DNA of 34,883 nt, from NCBI RefSeq assembly GCF_001194135.2, contig NC_068986.1:47732510-47767392 (forward strand), in the 5' to 3' direction. Below, one piece after another: positions 32,870 through 34,883 of the stretch (position 1 is its first letter; each line of letters begins with the position of its first letter). This stretch comes from Octopus bimaculoides (taxonomy: Eukaryota). The position numbers and the translations under genes are program-made. Below the pieces are notes generated by a model. That model saw only the letters and a program-made list of their open reading frames with translations, was not told where the DNA came from and did no database searches.

Positions 32870-33191
32870 ATCAATTTTGAGAAATTAGGCTTCTCAAAAC
32901 CTGAAAGGAGAAAGCTGATTCGAAGACTACAGATCCAATCCATCACTGGAACTGTTCAAATCTATAAAACTTTCCAGTTTATCATTTAAATATACATGAG
33001 CATGTCTAGATATGCAAGTATATGCATGAGAAGGCATACATAAAAAATACAATTCTGCACATATACATACATACATGCATACAAAAATACCCTGTTGTTG
33101 ATGTTGAAATTCCAATGAAGGAGTCTTTGATCTAGCTTAGGAACCGGCTTTTTCTCTTCTGGCAAGAAATCTTGAAATAAAACTGAATAAT
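32870..33191 (+). mobile_element. 5'-truncated R4/Dong-like LINE 3' end inside a (TACA)n microsatellite
   Basis: The in-frame C-terminus FEKLGFSKPERRKLIRRLQIQSITGTVQIYKTFQFII* (stop 32987-32989) resembles REL-LINE ends (LQK-x2-I-x-GT-x2-I). It is followed by a 200-nt 3' UTR and a CATA-type tail. Confidence 0.7.
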
Positions 33192-33222
33192 TACATGCAT
33201 ACATACACACACATACAAATCG

Positions 33223-33297
<75 letters not shown>

Positions 33298-34111
33298 CAT
33301 ATAAGAGATACAAGGAGTTTTCGTCAGGGTGACTCGAACCAGTCTGTATGCGTTCTGGGTACTCATATAGATATGCCAATAAAATTCCGGTTTGAATAGC
33401 AGTTGAAGTTGTGATTTTGTGACTGCTTTATTCAAAACAACTAGAAGTGGCTTACCCTTGAGTCAGTAAGTATAGGTTAAAGTTAAAATGGAAAGGCAAA
33501 CAATTTGGCAAGACTTGACATAAACATTTATTCTAACTTTTTCCCGTCATCGAAGAAAGATAGGTTAAACATATGTAACAGAGGAAGGAAGCTCCTCGTT
33601 AATGATAGTTGTTGTGGCTCATTATGTCCAGAAATGCAGGAGAAATCAAAGTAAATCCAGTTAGATCGAGTATTCCTTATGTAAATCCATGATGAGAGAG
33701 AACGTTTAAATAGTAATCCATACCGAGGGGAAATGGATGGGTCCCAAAATTTGGCAAATAATGAGAGGAGGAATAAATACAGTACATTGTGGTGGGGGAA
33801 AGACAGGCAGTTAAGAGTTTTGTATTGGATATATACTAATCAGTACAGCGAGTGGTACACAACTATCATAAATGAGGAACTTTCTTCCATTGTTACATAT
33901 GTTTAAGCTATGCCACTCGGATGACAGGATACTCAGATTATGGAATCTTCACTCGATATGATGTTGTAATAGTTGGGATATCCTAGAAACAGCTATCATA
34001 GGTTATGTCTATCTTTCATTATATAGCTAAATTAAATTAAATTAAATGTCTTTGTCAAGTCTTGGTAAATTGCTTGCCTTTCCTTTCTACTTTAACCTGT
34101 ATGTATATATA

Positions 34112-34790
34112 CAAGGTGCGAAACATATTTGAGGACATACCCTTTTTGGGTCATTGCTACATCTTTGCTAACTCTGTATAATCTTTGTTTCAGAAAATAA
34201 TAATGGCAGACCCTCAGATTACTCAAGAAATAAAGATATATGCTGTTATTGTGGTTATAAACACTGAGCATAATGATTTAGAAATATTTTGATTTTTAAA
34301 ACTTGCCAGATCTTTCGTCTACAAAGTTTGTACGGAGCTAGAGACTGAAGATGGAAACGTATCACCAGTATCAAAGCATAAAAAGCATTCTAAACGCCCT
34401 GAAATCTTCAGAACACCTGAATTTATCCAGCAAGTTCAACAGACGATTGATTACAATCCCAGAAAGTCCATAAGATCAGTTGCAAAAGATCTCCATGTGT
34501 CAGAAGGAACAGTCAGAAATGTGGTCCACAAAGACATCAGATATAAAACTTATATGATAAGGAAAGGTCAATTTGTCAGAAAAAAAGCAGAAGAAAATCA
34601 CTACATAAGATTTAAAAGGCTCTTAAACAAATTTAAAAATCCAGCAGAAGATTTGATTTGGTTTTTCTCAAACGAGGAAAAAGTTAACAAAAGAAATGAC
34701 AGATGGTTATGTGCAGACCCTTCTGAAGTTCCAAGTGTTATGCATACAAAATTTCCTGAAACTGTCATAGTTTTAGGGGTTGTCAGCAAT
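34112..34790 (+). mobile_element. 5' half of a DD37D (maT-type) transposon
   Basis: TA-caaggtgcg TIR start and ATG at 34203: MADPQITQE...RTPEFIQQV...NPRKSIRSVAKDLHVSEGTVRNVV...WFFSNE...NKRNDRWL...HTKFPETVIVLGVVS. One in-frame stop; SDE has decayed to SNE. Confidence 0.88.
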
Positions 34791-34850
34791 TACAGATACT
34801 CCATGATCGATACTTCCCAAAATTTCACTCCTAAGCTATTAGCGTGGTTC

Positions 34851-34883
<33 letters not shown>

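Noticed and set aside
33955-34002. Third functional hammerhead
   Set aside because: GAAAC-AGCT is present, but the core reads ATGATGT and stems I and II pair poorly. It is kept only as a homology clue for the 20069 palindrome.

Overview
AT-rich, microsatellite- and transposon-dense animal genomic scaffold with six N gaps. The repeat families look like those of an octopod cephalopod (probably Octopus; this is inference, not a database result). One host gene can be built by hand on the + strand: a 4-exon, 130-aa cytochrome c oxidase subunit 7A-related (COX7A2L/SCAF1-like) gene at 2578-12417, which the ORF track misses because the exons are short. The rest is mostly decayed mobile DNA: a Gypsy RT-RNaseH fragment, a Penelope-like element (RT thumb + GIY-YIG), a hAT transposase remnant, an RTE LINE ending in three C2H2 zinc fingers, R4/Dong-type LINE pieces, mariner and DD37D (maT) relics, TTAA-flanked piggyBac-like MITEs and many tRNA-type SINEs, some in tandem. 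The most notable signal is a minimal type I hammerhead-ribozyme fold (29963-30005, - strand) joined through about 165 nt to the same 3' tail that ends an R4/Dong-like LINE elsewhere in the window. This suggests a ribozyme-containing non-autonomous retroelement. A second degenerate hammerhead lies in intron 1 of the COX7A-related gene, and a diverged 200-bp palindrome is centred on a hammerhead-like half motif. Repeat boundaries are approximate.
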